DNA from: Candidatus Saelkia tenebricola
GTDB taxonomy: Bacteria > Omnitrophota > Gorgyraeia > Kaelpiales > Kaelpiaceae
DNA: 64,000 nucleotides
Reading direction: 5' to 3'
Assembly (NCBI GenBank): GCA_030765145.1
Contig: JAVCDA010000010.1
Location: 49,087 to 113,086, forward strand
A program made the position numbers and the translations under genes. This document shows positions 17,810-29,153 of this stretch, in pieces. The stretch's first letter is position 1. The number at the start of each line of letters is the position of its first letter. Under the pieces are notes generated by a model, which worked only from the letters and a program-made list of their open reading frames with translations, was not told the origin of the DNA and searched no databases.

Positions 17810-19438
17810 ATGCTAAAAAAATTTAGGGAAAGAAAAAATATCAAATTAATATTGCTTATCACAGCCATATTAATTATCCCAGCCTTTATTTTCTGGGGCG
17901 TCGGAAGCACTTTAAGAACACGCGGAGATAATCTTTACGCCGGTATAGCTTTTTCAAAAAAAATTACAAAAACTGAATTTTTAAAACAATATCAAGCAGT
18001 TTACAATCAGGCTCAATTACTTTACGGGGAAAACATTTCTAAGCTGCAGGATTATTTAAATCTAGAAGGTCAAGCATGGCAAAGAATAATTTTGCTGCAT
18101 GTCGCCAACAATAAGAAGATTAAAATCACAAATAAAGAAATAGTTGCATTTATCAAAAATTCTCCTCTTTTTCAAAAAGAAGGCACATTCGATACAGATA
18201 CGTATAACACCATACTTAAATACTACATGGGTCTTAATCCCCGAGAATATGAAGAGCAAGTCCATAACAATCTAAAAATCAGCAAATTGATAGAAGAAGT
18301 TACCTTAGGGATAACCGCTACTGACGAAGAGGCTTGGCAAGCGCATAAAAAGGAAAATGCAGTTTATAAATTCAGCTACGTTCTTTTGAAACCTTCTGAA
18401 TATTCTTTAGACACAGAATATTCAGAAGAAAAACTAATTACATTCTATCAAACTCATAAAGAACAATTTAAAAAACCGGAACAAGTAAACTTATTTTATT
18501 TAGCAGTAAAACCCGACTCATTCGTAAGCGATGCTGATATAACTGATATCGAAATACAAGATTATTACCAGCAGCACAAATCAACTTGGGAAGAAACCGA
18601 AGAAAGCGAAGAAAATGAAACGAGTGAAGAAAGTGAAGAACCTAATATTATTAGCGATAAAATACAGTCTGAAATATCCGAAATTCTTAAAAAAACAGCC
18701 GCCAAAAATATTGCCGAAGACTTAATCTGGAAAGTACAAGATGGAATTGAATCTGGATTAACTTTCAAAGAATCAGCAACGAAGAACAATCTTGAAGTTA
18801 AAGGAACCGGATTCTTCTCTCCCTGGGATCCTATTCCGGGAATCGGATGGGCATATAAAATTACTCAGCAAGCATTTTCCTTATCTATAGGAGAGATAAG
18901 CGATATAATAGAAATTCAAGATGTATTTTACATTATAGAGTTAATTGATAAAAAAAATCCTCATATTCCGGAGTTTGATGAAATAAAAGCAGCAGTTGAA
19001 GAAAGTTTTAAGACCCAACTGAGGGAGAAAGCAGCAAAAGAAGATGCTCAAGAAAAGTTAGATAAAATAATAGAGCTATTAGCGACAAAAGGCAGCATTG
19101 ATGAATTTTTAAAAGAACACGATTTGGCTTTGAAAGAGACTGATTACCTATCTAGAAGCCAATACATCGCCCAAGTAGGAAATGCATCTGATGTTATTGA
19201 CAATCTAAAAACTGCTACTTTAGGAGATTTTAATCCTGAAATTATAAAATGTGCTGCAGGATACATTATTGTAAAAATTGAAGACATAACAGCACCTTTA
19301 AAAGACGATTTCGAGAAAAATAAAACCCAACTCACAGAACAACTCTTAACAAAAAAGAAAGAACAACATTTAAATGATTGGTTCAATCAGATTAAAGAAC
19401 GCGCAGATTTGGAAATATATTTCAAAATACCACGCTAA
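17810..19438 (+). CDS. Periplasmic chaperone of the PpiD/SurA family (membrane-anchored, parvulin-like).
   Basis: GGAG RBS 8 nt upstream. N-terminal TM, a long acidic linker, and a parvulin-like segment (GEISDIIEIQDVFYIIEL). Confidence 0.5.
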   Translation: MLKKFRERKNIKLILLITAILIIPAFIFWGVGSTLRTRGDNLYAGIAFSKKITKTEFLKQYQAVYNQAQLLYGENISKLQDYLNLEGQAWQRIILLHVANNKKIKITNKEIVAFIKNSPLFQKEGTFDTDTYNTILKYYMGLNPREYEEQVHNNLKISKLIEEVTLGITATDEEAWQAHKKENAVYKFSYVLLKPSEYSLDTEYSEEKLITFYQTHKEQFKKPEQVNLFYLAVKPDSFVSDADITDIEIQDYYQQHKSTWEETEESEENETSEESEEPNIISDKIQSEISEILKKTAAKNIAEDLIWKVQDGIESGLTFKESATKNNLEVKGTGFFSPWDPIPGIGWAYKITQQAFSLSIGEISDIIEIQDVFYIIELIDKKNPHIPEFDEIKAAVEESFKTQLREKAAKEDAQEKLDKIIELLATKGSIDEFLKEHDLALKETDYLSRSQYIAQVGNASDVIDNLKTATLGDFNPEIIKCAAGYIIVKIEDITAPLKDDFEKNKTQLTEQLLTKKKEQHLNDWFNQIKERADLEIYFKIPR

Positions 19439-19448
19439 TACATATCTA

Positions 19449-19904
19449 TTAGCGTTTTTTCAGCAACTGATCCAAGGCACCTTTAAACTCTTCTATGTCT
19501 TTAAATTCTTTATAGACAGATGCAAACCTGACATAGGCAACCTGATCCAATTTATGTAAATTCTTCATTATTAGTTTACCGATAAAAGAACTGGGAATCT
19601 CCTGCTGATTTCTGGCTTCCAACTCTTTCTCTGTTTTCTCTACAATCTGTTCTAATTGCTCCATACTTAGAGGTCTTTTCTGAGAGGCCTTTTTTAATCC
19701 GGATAGAATTTTAGTTCTTTCAAAAGCCTCTCTACGACCATCTTTTTTGATTACCATTAGAGGAATATGCTCTATTCTTTCATAGGTCGTAAAACGGCGA
19801 TGGCATTTTAAACATTCCCGACGTCTTCTTATAGTGATATTCTCAGAGCTGCTTCTGGAGTCAATCACTTTATCTTCTTTATAATCACAATAAGGACATT
19901 TCAT
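19449..19904 (-). CDS. nrdR: Transcriptional repressor NrdR.
   Basis: MKCPYCDYKEDKVIDSR zinc ribbon followed by an ATP-cone domain. Confidence 0.9.
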   Translation of the reverse strand: MKCPYCDYKEDKVIDSRSSSENITIRRRRECLKCHRRFTTYERIEHIPLMVIKKDGRREAFERTKILSGLKKASQKRPLSMEQLEQIVEKTEKELEARNQQEIPSSFIGKLIMKNLHKLDQVAYVRFASVYKEFKDIEEFKGALDQLLKKR

Positions 19905-19913
19905 AATACAGGC

Positions 19914-20396
19914 CTATAAATTTCCGGATTCAGAAATACATGTATTATCCACATCAGCCATTCTAACTTTGATTTTTGCCTCTTTGAGCATCTCCTGAGC
20001 AAGCTGATCCGGGTAACCATCAGATATAACAATTTCTTCAATACCTGCATTAATCAGCATCTTGGCACAAATAACACAAGGCTGATTTGTGCAATAAATA
20101 GTTGCCCTACGCAAACTTATCCCATGAAAAGCAGCCTGCAAAAGTGCATTCTGCTCGGCATGCAAACCTCTACAGAGTTCATGCCTTTCTCCGGAAGGAA
20201 CATTCAGCTTTTCCCGTAAACATCCTGCAATCTCGCAATGGGTTATACCAGTTGGCGTGCCATTATAACCTGTGGCCAATATTCTCCTGTCCTTAACAAT
20301 AACCGCTCCAACCCGACGCCTCAAACAAGTGGAACGGCTAGAAACAATGCGGGCAATTTGTATAAAATAAGTATCCCAATCCGGTCTTTTATTCAT
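19914..20396 (-). CDS. dCMP deaminase (CMP/dCMP deaminase zinc-binding family).
   Basis: HAEQNAL and [18 protein letters not shown] (PCxxC) motifs. Confidence 0.8.
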   Translation of the reverse strand: MNKRPDWDTYFIQIARIVSSRSTCLRRRVGAVIVKDRRILATGYNGTPTGITHCEIAGCLREKLNVPSGERHELCRGLHAEQNALLQAAFHGISLRRATIYCTNQPCVICAKMLINAGIEEIVISDGYPDQLAQEMLKEAKIKVRMADVDNTCISESGNL

Positions 20397-21708
20397 CTTT
20401 AATCTCGGGATAAAGCGGGAATTTTTTAAGCAAATCTAAAACATCTTTTTTAACATTTTTAATAATTTCACTTTTTCCGTTGTTCTTTAAAATTTCATCA
20501 ATAAAACCAGCTATTAATATCATCTCTTCTTCTTCCATGCCCCTAGTCGTAACAGCAGGAGATCCAAGCCTAATACCGCTAGTAACAAACGGAGAAAGCG
20601 TATCGTAGGGAATAAGATTTTTATTGACCGTAATATTAGCCTCTTCAAGCCAGTTGGAGGCATCACGACCTGTAACACCATATGTAGTGTAAACATCTAA
20701 AAGCACAAGATGGTTATCTGTTCCACCTGTCATGACTCGATAACCTTTTTTAACGAATTCTTCACCCAATTTGCTTGCATTTTTGAGGATTTGATTCTGA
20801 TACTCTATAAATTCTATCTTTCCTGCTTCTTGAAATGCAACTGCTTTAGCAGCTATTGCATGAAGAAGCGGTCCACCCTGAATTCCCGGGAAGACTGCAG
20901 AATCTATTTTCTTTGCAAATTCATTTTTTGTTAAAATCATACCGCCTCTAGCCCCTCGTAATGTCTTATGTGTTGTAGTAGTCACAAATTCAATGCCAGC
21001 CTCATTAGGATTAGGATGGAGCTTAGCAATTACCAGCCCTGCAACATGGGCTATATCCGCTAAAACATACGAGTTCACACTGGCTGCAATATCTTTAAAC
21101 TTTTTAAAATCCAAAGTCCTGGGATAAGCACTATGCCCTACCACTATCATCTTGGGCTTATGTTTTTCAGCTAAATCTTTAACTTGATCATAATCTATTA
21201 AATGCGTTTTGGAATCTACTCCGTACCTTATGACATTATAAATTGCACCTGAGAAGTTCTTGGGATGGCCATGAGAAAGATGCCCGCCGGATGCTATGTC
21301 TAAAGCCAAAATTGTATCATTCGGCTTTAAAACTGCAAAATAAACAGCCATATTAGCCTGGGTTCCCGAATGAGGCTGCACATTGACATGCTCAGCATTA
21401 AACAGTTTTTTAGCTCTTCTAATAGCAATCTCTTCAACTTTATCTGCATATTTACATCCACCGTACCAGCGAGCATTGGGATAACCTTCGGCATATTTGT
21501 TGGTTAAAACACTAGCTGCAGCTTCTAATACGGAAATAGAAACTACATTTTCGCTGGCAATAAGTTCCAGATTCTCCCTCAATCTTTTAAGCTCTTGAAT
21601 TAAATAGCCGTAAATTTCAGGGTCAGAATCTTTGATATGCCGATATAATTTTATTTCATTCAAGTTCTTGGATTTTACGAAGTCTTCTTTCATGCCTTCC
21701 TCCCTCAA
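20389..21708 (-). CDS. glyA: Serine hydroxymethyltransferase.
   Basis: [28 protein letters not shown] motifs. The start may be the internal Met (MKEDF). Confidence 0.9.
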   Translation of the reverse strand: MREEGMKEDFVKSKNLNEIKLYRHIKDSDPEIYGYLIQELKRLRENLELIASENVVSISVLEAAASVLTNKYAEGYPNARWYGGCKYADKVEEIAIRRAKKLFNAEHVNVQPHSGTQANMAVYFAVLKPNDTILALDIASGGHLSHGHPKNFSGAIYNVIRYGVDSKTHLIDYDQVKDLAEKHKPKMIVVGHSAYPRTLDFKKFKDIAASVNSYVLADIAHVAGLVIAKLHPNPNEAGIEFVTTTTHKTLRGARGGMILTKNEFAKKIDSAVFPGIQGGPLLHAIAAKAVAFQEAGKIEFIEYQNQILKNASKLGEEFVKKGYRVMTGGTDNHLVLLDVYTTYGVTGRDASNWLEEANITVNKNLIPYDTLSPFVTSGIRLGSPAVTTRGMEEEEMILIAGFIDEILKNNGKSEIIKNVKKDVLDLLKKFPLYPEIKDE

Positions 21709-22090
21709 AACTACTATTGAACCAGTTATCCAGTATATTTTTAATTTCTAAATCAGGTGTAAAATTAGCAGAAAATATTAGTACATTGGCGTTATTATGT
21801 TCACGTGCCATTTTTGCCATATCAGCATTCAAACATAGAGCTCCTCTAATACCTTTAAATTTATTCGCTACAATAGACATACCTATACCGCTACCGCAAA
21901 TCAGTATTGCAGAATCAGCTTCTTTAGTGATAATCTTTTGAACAGCAATTTTACCGAAATCCGGATAATCGCATGGAGACTCATCATATGCTCCTACGTC
22001 GATAATATCTATATCCCGACTAATTAAGCAATCTTTAATGTTGTTTTTAAATTCAATACCTCTATGATCACTTGCTATTGTTACTTTCAT
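21656..22090 (-). CDS. rpiB: Ribose-5-phosphate isomerase B.
   Basis: [27 protein letters not shown]. Confidence 0.8.
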   Translation of the reverse strand: MKVTIASDHRGIEFKNNIKDCLISRDIDIIDVGAYDESPCDYPDFGKIAVQKIITKEADSAILICGSGIGMSIVANKFKGIRGALCLNADMAKMAREHNNANVLIFSANFTPDLEIKNILDNWFNSSFEGGRHERRLRKIQELE

Positions 22091-22532
22091 TCTTAATCAC
22101 CTCAATAATCTTAGAAAGATAAAATTTTAAATCCATTAAAAGCCCTTCATAAACCTCCGGAGGCTTACCAACAGGGTCAATTATATCTTTTTCTTCTAAT
22201 TTTGCAAACTCTGTTAATAAAAAAACTTTATTTTTTGCCTCAGGCCAATCTTCAAGAACCCTGTTTTTATGCCTTCTCTCCATAACCAGAATCAAATCAG
22301 ACCAATTTACAAGCTCTTCGTTCAACGGCTTTGATTTATGCCCTAAGAGATCTATATCAACATGCCGTAAAACCTCAATAGCTTCTTTGCTTGCTCCCAT
22401 TCCCAAAAATGTTGCTATACCACAACTCTGCACCTGAACACTCAAACCTTCATCCTGGGCCATTTTTTTAAAAAGCGCAGCAGCCATAGGACTACGACAA
22501 CTATTACCTGTGCAGACAAACAATATTTGCAT
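22068..22532 (-). CDS. Low-molecular-weight protein tyrosine phosphatase.
   Basis: P-loop VCTGNSCRSPMAA (CX5R). Confidence 0.75.
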   Translation of the reverse strand: MQILFVCTGNSCRSPMAAALFKKMAQDEGLSVQVQSCGIATFLGMGASKEAIEVLRHVDIDLLGHKSKPLNEELVNWSDLILVMERRHKNRVLEDWPEAKNKVFLLTEFAKLEEKDIIDPVGKPPEVYEGLLMDLKFYLSKIIEVIKNESNNSK

Positions 22533-22558
22533 TCAAAACTCCTCTATATCTTTAAAAT

Positions 22559-23176
22559 TTATATTTTAAATCTTTTTTTTACTTCTTGAGTTATAAATAT
22601 AGGCCCGGATCTCAAAATCTGAATAGGCGAAAAACTTAAATCCACAACGAGAGACGGCACGCAAAGATCAGAAGGACCACCGTCAACAATAAGATCGACT
22701 TTACCCCAAAGATAATCTATTGCTTCCTGAACACCTCTTGCAGGAGTTTGATGAGACATATTGGCGCTGGAAAGCCCAATCGGTTTTAAGAAAGCAAAAA
22801 GCACCTGTTGAGTAATATTATTGGCCGGTATTCTAAAGCCAATTTTACACTTATCTTTAGCTGTCATAATAAATGTAATGGGACCGGGTAAAAAATCCTT
22901 AATCAAAGAAAAATTTTTCAGGGATTGTTCCTCAATATCATAATTTTTAATCCAGCTTGAATCCGGGATACACACAGCATATGGCTTTTTATCCCGCTGA
23001 TTTTTAACATTGTTTATTTTCTTCAAAGCGCAATCTGATTCCAAATCAAATCCTACCCCATAAACAGTCTCTGTCGGTAAAACAACAATCCCCCCTCTAG
23101 AAAAAACCTTAATTATAAAATCTATTTTTCCCTTTTCGGGATTAAAAGGCGTTATCTTTAGACACTCTGTTCTCAT
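22559..23176 (-). CDS. tsaC: L-threonylcarbamoyladenylate synthase (YrdC/TsaC family).
   Basis: GGIVVLPTETVYGVG motif. Confidence 0.7.
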   Translation of the reverse strand: MRTECLKITPFNPEKGKIDFIIKVFSRGGIVVLPTETVYGVGFDLESDCALKKINNVKNQRDKKPYAVCIPDSSWIKNYDIEEQSLKNFSLIKDFLPGPITFIMTAKDKCKIGFRIPANNITQQVLFAFLKPIGLSSANMSHQTPARGVQEAIDYLWGKVDLIVDGGPSDLCVPSLVVDLSFSPIQILRSGPIFITQEVKKRFKI

Positions 23177-23676
23177 GAGAATATATTCTTCATCTTCTCG
23201 TCCTTTGCCAAAACAGTCTTACGCATATTTTCTTTATATCTTAACAATTTCTTTCTAATATGCTCATTACTTAACGCAATTATTTCAAGTCCAAATAAAA
23301 CCGCATTTTTTATTCCCGGCTCACCTATACTCATTGTCGCAACAGGAACTCCCGGAGGCATTTGTAATATAGCCGCCAAAGAATCCACTCCTTTTAAGGC
23401 TTTAGAAGGCAAAGGCACTCCCACAACAGGCAATATTGTAAATGAAGCTATAACTCCGGGTAAATGCGCTGCCATTCCAGCGCAAGCAATTATAACCTTG
23501 ATACCTCTTTTTGAAGCACCCCGCGCAAATTTCCTTACATCTTCAGGACATCTATGTGCAGAAAGAACTCTGACTTCAAATTTTACTCCGAAAGAATTTA
23601 AGATTTCTATCCCCGGCTTAAGCAGGGGTAAATCTGAATCGCTGCCCATAACAATACTGATTAAAGAATTATCCAT
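23173..23676 (-). CDS. purE: N5-carboxyaminoimidazole ribonucleotide mutase.
   Basis: IVMGSDSDL..ACAGMAAHLPGVIA. Confidence 0.85.
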   Translation of the reverse strand: MDNSLISIVMGSDSDLPLLKPGIEILNSFGVKFEVRVLSAHRCPEDVRKFARGASKRGIKVIIACAGMAAHLPGVIASFTILPVVGVPLPSKALKGVDSLAAILQMPPGVPVATMSIGEPGIKNAVLFGLEIIALSNEHIRKKLLRYKENMRKTVLAKDEKMKNIFS

Positions 23677-24967
23677 TTACTCCCTCCTTTTTAAAAGCTT
23701 TATCGGAGATATCATTCCTGTAATACATATCATCAAATTTTATTAACCCCACAGCTTGATATGCTTTATTTTTTGCATCCTTTATACCCTCGCCCAAAGC
23801 CACGATATTTAAGACCCTACCTCCTGCAGCGACATAGTACTCATCTTGGCCTTCGGTAACTTTTGAAGTGCCAGCATGAAAAACAATAACGTTCTTAAGC
23901 TCTTTTATTTTGTCAATTCCGTATATCCTCTTGCCCGTCTGATAACTTCCTGGATAACCACCCGAAGCAAGCACAACAGCAATGCAATTTTCTTTATGCC
24001 ATTCTATCTCGAAGTTATCTAATCTACTTTCTAAAGCTGCCATTATGACTTCGATTAAATCGGATTTCATACGAGGCAAAATAACCTGCGTTTCCGGGTC
24101 ACCTAATCTGACATTAAACTCTAAAACAAAAGGCTCATTATTAACCACCATAATCCCGGCATATAAAACTCCTTTAAATGGAATACCCAACTCAGCCATC
24201 CCGTTAATTGTAGGGATTAAAATCTCCTGATACGTTTTTTTAAAAATTTCACCTTCTGCTATAGGCACCGGAGAATATGCACCCATACCACCAGTATTAG
24301 GCCCTTTATCATTATTATATATCTGCTTATGGTCTTGGGAAGAAACAAGGGGTATTAAATTTTTACCGTCTGAAATAGCAATAATAGAAACTTCTTCACC
24401 TTTTATAAACTTCTCTATTATGACTAAATCGCCTGAGGAACTAAAAACCTTTTTTTCCATTATATTAAATAATGTTTCTTCTGCTTCTGCTAAACTATCG
24501 GGAACAAAAACACCTTTACCAGCACAAAGACCATCTGCCTTAATAACTAAAGGATAGTTTTGAGTTTTAAGATATTCCCTGGCCTTTTGATAATCATCGA
24601 AAATTTCAAACGATGCTGTTGGAATACCAAACTTTTTCATAAATCTTTTGGCAAACACTTTGCTCGCCTCAAGTTTAGCAGCTTCTTTCATCGGCCCGAA
24701 AATTTTAAGACCTCTTTCATTAAACAAATCAACAATCCCTTCGACCAAAGGCGCTTCAGGCCCGACAATTGTTAAATCAATTTCTTCTTCCTTAGCAAAA
24801 TCAGCTATTTCCCCCAAATTTTGAAGACTAATCTGAACAACTTCTGCTAATTCTGCAATACCGCCATTACCAGGTATTGCAAAAATTTTATCTATTTTCT
24901 TTGAAGTACTTAATTTCCAAATTAAAGCATGTTCGCGCCCCCCGGAACCGAGTACCAAAATTTTCAT
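23669..24967 (-). CDS. purD: Phosphoribosylamine-glycine ligase.
   Basis: MKILVLGSGGREHAL and an ATP-grasp core. Confidence 0.9.
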   Translation of the reverse strand: MKILVLGSGGREHALIWKLSTSKKIDKIFAIPGNGGIAELAEVVQISLQNLGEIADFAKEEEIDLTIVGPEAPLVEGIVDLFNERGLKIFGPMKEAAKLEASKVFAKRFMKKFGIPTASFEIFDDYQKAREYLKTQNYPLVIKADGLCAGKGVFVPDSLAEAEETLFNIMEKKVFSSSGDLVIIEKFIKGEEVSIIAISDGKNLIPLVSSQDHKQIYNNDKGPNTGGMGAYSPVPIAEGEIFKKTYQEILIPTINGMAELGIPFKGVLYAGIMVVNNEPFVLEFNVRLGDPETQVILPRMKSDLIEVIMAALESRLDNFEIEWHKENCIAVVLASGGYPGSYQTGKRIYGIDKIKELKNVIVFHAGTSKVTEGQDEYYVAAGGRVLNIVALGEGIKDAKNKAYQAVGLIKFDDMYYRNDISDKAFKKEGVNG

Positions 24968-24977
24968 ACCTTAATCT

Positions 24978-25979
24978 CTAAACAATATTAACTTTGCCAT
25001 TACCTTTATCAATTCTGCCTATCTGTAATATTTTCTTATCTGAGGATTTATTAAGCCTAGAAACTTTCTTCCATTCATTCTCAGGAATTATTAAAATAAA
25101 ACCTATACCCATATTGAATGTTCTATACATTTTTTGGTCTTTAATCTCAGCACGACGTTGAATCTCTTTAAAAACACCCGGAGTACTCCAGGATTTTTTC
25201 TCTATCACAGCATCTAAGTTAGGTAACAATATTCTTTCGATATTGTCATAAAACCCACCTCCTGTAATATGCGCCATGCCTTTGATTTTTACATCTTTGT
25301 GCAGAAGCGAGAGAACATCTTTTACGTATATGCGAGTTGAGGGAAGTAAAGATATACCCCATTTGTTTTTAACCTCTTTGATGCTAAAAACCTTTCTTAT
25401 TAAAGAATATCCGTTACTATGCGGACCGCTTGACGGGAATCCTGCTATTATATCGCCTTTGCGTATTCCTTTACCGGTTATAATTTTATCTTTATCAACA
25501 ACGCCAACTGAGAATCCTGCTAAATCAAACTCTCCTTTTTTATAAAATCCGGGCAATTCTGCAGTCTCACCACCTATCAAGCTCATTGCCGAATCACGAC
25601 ATCCCTTGATAATACCTTTAATTAATTCCGTACCAACAAAAATATCCAGTTTCGAAGTTGCAAAATAATCCAGGAAAAATAAAGGGCGAGCACCAGAAGT
25701 AATAATATCATTAACATTCATAGCCACTAAATCATACCCTGCGACAGAATACTTTTGGGTTGCTACACAAAGCTTGATTTTAGTCCCTACTCCATCTGTA
25801 GAAGATACTAAAACAGGATGCTTGTAATTTTTGAACTCTTTTGCACTGAAAAATCCGGCAAAAGGACCGATATCAGATAAAACCTCTTTGATTTTTGTTT
25901 TTTTTATAAGAGGTTTTATTTTTTTAACAAAGAGATTTGCCTTATCAATATCAACACCTGCTTTCTTATAGTCTATCAT
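24978..25979 (-). CDS. purM: Phosphoribosylformylglycinamidine cyclo-ligase (AIR synthetase).
   Basis: DYKKAGVDID..VSSTDGVGTK..GGETAE. Confidence 0.9.
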   Translation of the reverse strand: MIDYKKAGVDIDKANLFVKKIKPLIKKTKIKEVLSDIGPFAGFFSAKEFKNYKHPVLVSSTDGVGTKIKLCVATQKYSVAGYDLVAMNVNDIITSGARPLFFLDYFATSKLDIFVGTELIKGIIKGCRDSAMSLIGGETAELPGFYKKGEFDLAGFSVGVVDKDKIITGKGIRKGDIIAGFPSSGPHSNGYSLIRKVFSIKEVKNKWGISLLPSTRIYVKDVLSLLHKDVKIKGMAHITGGGFYDNIERILLPNLDAVIEKKSWSTPGVFKEIQRRAEIKDQKMYRTFNMGIGFILIIPENEWKKVSRLNKSSDKKILQIGRIDKGNGKVNIV

Positions 25980-26006
25980 CAGAATCCCCTTTTGATTTTC
26001 TCAGGC

Positions 26007-27323
26007 CTACAGTTTGAACCTTTTATAGATAGAAACCACATTCTTTAAGTAGGAATCTATATCAAACGCACTGTTTATTTCCTGAGAAGTTAAATATTTT
26101 TTAATATTTTTATCTTCTGCAATAAGTTTTTTGAAATCCAGTTTCTCACGATACGATTTCAAAGCTGGTGTTTGAATTAAATCATAAGCTACAGAACGCG
26201 AAAGACCTTTATCAATTAAAATACCCATTAATTTCCCAGACGCAAAAAGTCCTTTTTTAAGCCAGAGATTGTTACCCACTGCATCTTCATTCACATTCAA
26301 ACCTTTAACTATTTTTATCATCACACTCAACATGTAATTCAACAATATGAAAGCATCCGGCAAAATTATCCTTTCAACCGAGGAATGTGAAATATCTCTC
26401 TCATGCCAAAGCGTTATGTTTTCAAGAGCCGGGATTAAATATCCCCTTAATATCCGTGCTAAACCGGAAATTCTTTCGCAAAGTATCGGATTCCTTTTAT
26501 GAGGCATAGCTGAAGAACCTTTTTGATTCTTTCCGAAAGGCTCCTGAATCTCATTCACCTCAGTTCTCTGAAGATGCCTGATTTCAGTTGTAACCCGTTC
26601 TAACGAGGCTGCTATTAATGCTACAGTAGAGAACAAATTTGCAAGCCTGTCCCTGGGTATAACCTGGGTTGATATGGGCTCTGGTTTCATTTCAAGCTTT
26701 TTTGCAACTTTTGCCTCTATTTGCGGAGACATACTGGCATAAGTTCCTACTGCTCCGGATATCGCGATAAAAGAAAGTTCTGCTTTTGCTCTCTTAAGAC
26801 GTTCCTGATTCCTTAATCCTTCTGAATAAAATGAGAGGAATTTTAACCCCAAAGTCATTGGTTCTGCATGAATACCATGGCTCCTTCCAATAGCAGCAAT
26901 ATTTTTGTATTTTTTGGCCTTTTCTTTAACTACCTCAAGATAGTTTGTGATATCTTCTTCTATTATTTCTATCCCATCTTTAATCTGTAACGCTAAAGCG
27001 GTATCTAAAACATCGGAGGAAGTAAGACCTTTGTGGATATATTCTGACCCAGGACCGATATTTTCTTCCAGATTTTTAAGAAAAGCTATCAAGTCATGAT
27101 TGGTCTGCTTCTCTATTTGTTTGATTCTTTTAACATCAAACCTTGCCTTTCTTTTTATTGTTTGAAACTGATTCTTGGAAACAGGAACTTTCTTCTCATC
27201 AACCAAAACTTCCAAAACAGCAAGCTCAATATCTAGAAGATACTGAAAACGAGCCTCCTGTGACCAAATTTCACTCATTCTGGGTAAACTATACCGCTCT
27301 ATCATGGGGAAATTTTCACACAA
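26007..27323 (-). CDS. purB: Adenylosuccinate lyase.
   Basis: RYSLPRMSEIWS and the fumarate-lyase signature GSSAMPHKRNP. Confidence 0.85.
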   Translation of the reverse strand: MCENFPMIERYSLPRMSEIWSQEARFQYLLDIELAVLEVLVDEKKVPVSKNQFQTIKRKARFDVKRIKQIEKQTNHDLIAFLKNLEENIGPGSEYIHKGLTSSDVLDTALALQIKDGIEIIEEDITNYLEVVKEKAKKYKNIAAIGRSHGIHAEPMTLGLKFLSFYSEGLRNQERLKRAKAELSFIAISGAVGTYASMSPQIEAKVAKKLEMKPEPISTQVIPRDRLANLFSTVALIAASLERVTTEIRHLQRTEVNEIQEPFGKNQKGSSAMPHKRNPILCERISGLARILRGYLIPALENITLWHERDISHSSVERIILPDAFILLNYMLSVMIKIVKGLNVNEDAVGNNLWLKKGLFASGKLMGILIDKGLSRSVAYDLIQTPALKSYREKLDFKKLIAEDKNIKKYLTSQEINSAFDIDSYLKNVVSIYKRFKL

Positions 27324-27347
27324 TAAAAGGTTTTTGTCAATTCTGGA

Positions 27348-29150
27348 TTAACTCTTCCTTTTTAAAATTGCAATACCAAACTCGTTGGATGTAAAAGGCA
27401 TGGGGCCGAATTGTTTGATAATTTCATAATTCTGATTTATCCAAGCCGAGATTTTCCTACCGTAATCAATACCGAAGAAAGCATAGCCGTATTCAGAGGT
27501 GGGCCTATGTATAATAACAAAATAATCTATATCATGACTCTTAATCTCATCTATCATTTTTTCTTCACCGGTTCTTTCACAGCAAGGAGGAACAAATGTA
27601 TAATACCTCAGAGGGTTTTTCCTCCCGGAATAAAAATTTATCCCTACCCCTTCAGGAACAACAACTACTGTATCTTCAACAGAAGAATGTTCTATCAAAT
27701 ACTCAACCGCCTCCCAATACCTCAATGTTTTAGGTTCGGGAAAACAAAAGATGCTCCCCATTTCCGTATCCACTTTTACATTTTTAAGAGCATAGAGATA
27801 AGAAGAAATACTCCAATAAGGATTGACTAAAAACAGAAAAAGACAAAAAAGCAGAGACTGAAAAAAAAGCATTGAAAAATTATTAATCCGAATCTTTTCC
27901 ACAACCTCCTTAACTATTTGAAAGAAAAAAATGTAATAACAAATAATACTTAAACTCATCATATAAAACCCATACCCGTAGGGAGTGGTTTTTAGAATAA
28001 TCCTGGCAATGGTTAAAAAAGAAATAAGAAATAATGAGAAACAAGCTATGTTTTTCTTGAAATTACCCCCATGAATCATCCTCCAAAAGAACAAACACAT
28101 CCCTATCAATAACAGTAAGACTAAGGATCTATATTGCAAAAAATTCTTACCTAATAAATTCCAAGCCAAGATGAAGGAAAATATTATAATTATTACTCCT
28201 CCTAATGATAAAACAAAATTAGATTCTTCTTTTTTATTTAGAAAAAATGATGATATTGAAACAGCGCCTATCCCCAAAAGCAAGATAACTATTATATGCA
28301 AGATAAATGATTTAATTATTAGATAGCTATTTAAGGCAACGTTATCCAGCCCTATCCAGCTTATATTAATTACATCGTTTTTCGTTATGCCAAATTTTAC
28401 AAGGTCCAAAACAGATTCTTTAAACCCCACGAATGCCTGCATTTTAATAATAAATAAAACATAGCATAGTATGCTGATAAAAAACGGAGCAATTAAGTAC
28501 AGATTAAATTGCCAAAATTTCTTTCTGTTGGTTTTTAAAATAAAAAATTCTCCCGCCAGAACAAACCCCGCCCAAACCGGTAGCGACATATCTCCCCGGC
28601 ATAAAAAAGCACATACTAAAAAACCTCCCCACCCCAAGAGGTTTTTTCCATTTTCATAATATATAAATTTTAAAAAATAATACAAAGCTGCCGTTATAAA
28701 CAATATGAAGAATGTTGCGGCAAAGCTATAAGGTAAAATAAAATTAAAAATCCCACCACTATAATACCCAAACGCAAAAACAAACATAAAAGTTATAATG
28801 ACCAAAAAAGACCCTGCTTCATTCAAAAAGAAACGGGATATTTTATAAAGAAGAATCGTCATTAAGGCGGTTATACCAACTCCTGCCCCGACTAAAGAAT
28901 AAATAGAAACCCCGAATATCTTGTATACTAAAGCCAATACATAGGGCGGTAAAAAACCGTATTCATGGAACAAATCTTTATAAATTACTCTACCTTCTAA
29001 AATCTGTAAAGGCATCCATAACTCTCGAGAAGTATCTACAATAAGATTGCCCCATTTAAGCCAGCTCGTAAAAAGCAGGTATATGAAACAACCAACTGCT
29101 GCGAGAAAAAATACTGTTGTAAGATTTATGCGCTTATATCCAATCCGCAT
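27348..29150 (-). CDS. Large polytopic membrane protein (600 aa) with a C-terminal soluble domain, possibly a GT-C-like glycosyltransferase or polymerase.
   Basis: At least 12 hydrophobic segments, and a C-terminal ~130 aa hydrophilic region with a CC pair. No recognisable catalytic motif. Confidence 0.3.
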   Translation of the reverse strand: MRIGYKRINLTTVFFLAAVGCFIYLLFTSWLKWGNLIVDTSRELWMPLQILEGRVIYKDLFHEYGFLPPYVLALVYKIFGVSIYSLVGAGVGITALMTILLYKISRFFLNEAGSFLVIITFMFVFAFGYYSGGIFNFILPYSFAATFFILFITAALYYFLKFIYYENGKNLLGWGGFLVCAFLCRGDMSLPVWAGFVLAGEFFILKTNRKKFWQFNLYLIAPFFISILCYVLFIIKMQAFVGFKESVLDLVKFGITKNDVINISWIGLDNVALNSYLIIKSFILHIIVILLLGIGAVSISSFFLNKKEESNFVLSLGGVIIIIFSFILAWNLLGKNFLQYRSLVLLLLIGMCLFFWRMIHGGNFKKNIACFSLFLISFLTIARIILKTTPYGYGFYMMSLSIICYYIFFFQIVKEVVEKIRINNFSMLFFQSLLFCLFLFLVNPYWSISSYLYALKNVKVDTEMGSIFCFPEPKTLRYWEAVEYLIEHSSVEDTVVVVPEGVGINFYSGRKNPLRYYTFVPPCCERTGEEKMIDEIKSHDIDYFVIIHRPTSEYGYAFFGIDYGRKISAWINQNYEIIKQFGPMPFTSNEFGIAILKRKS

Positions 29151-29153
29151 GTC

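Noticed and set aside
20389-22090. The roughly 50-nt overlap between rpiB (3' end) and glyA (5' end) as a possible frameshift or pseudogene
   Set aside because: Both proteins are full-length with intact motifs. Using the internal Met (MKEDF) for glyA reduces the overlap. Short overlaps of co-directional genes are common in compact genomes.
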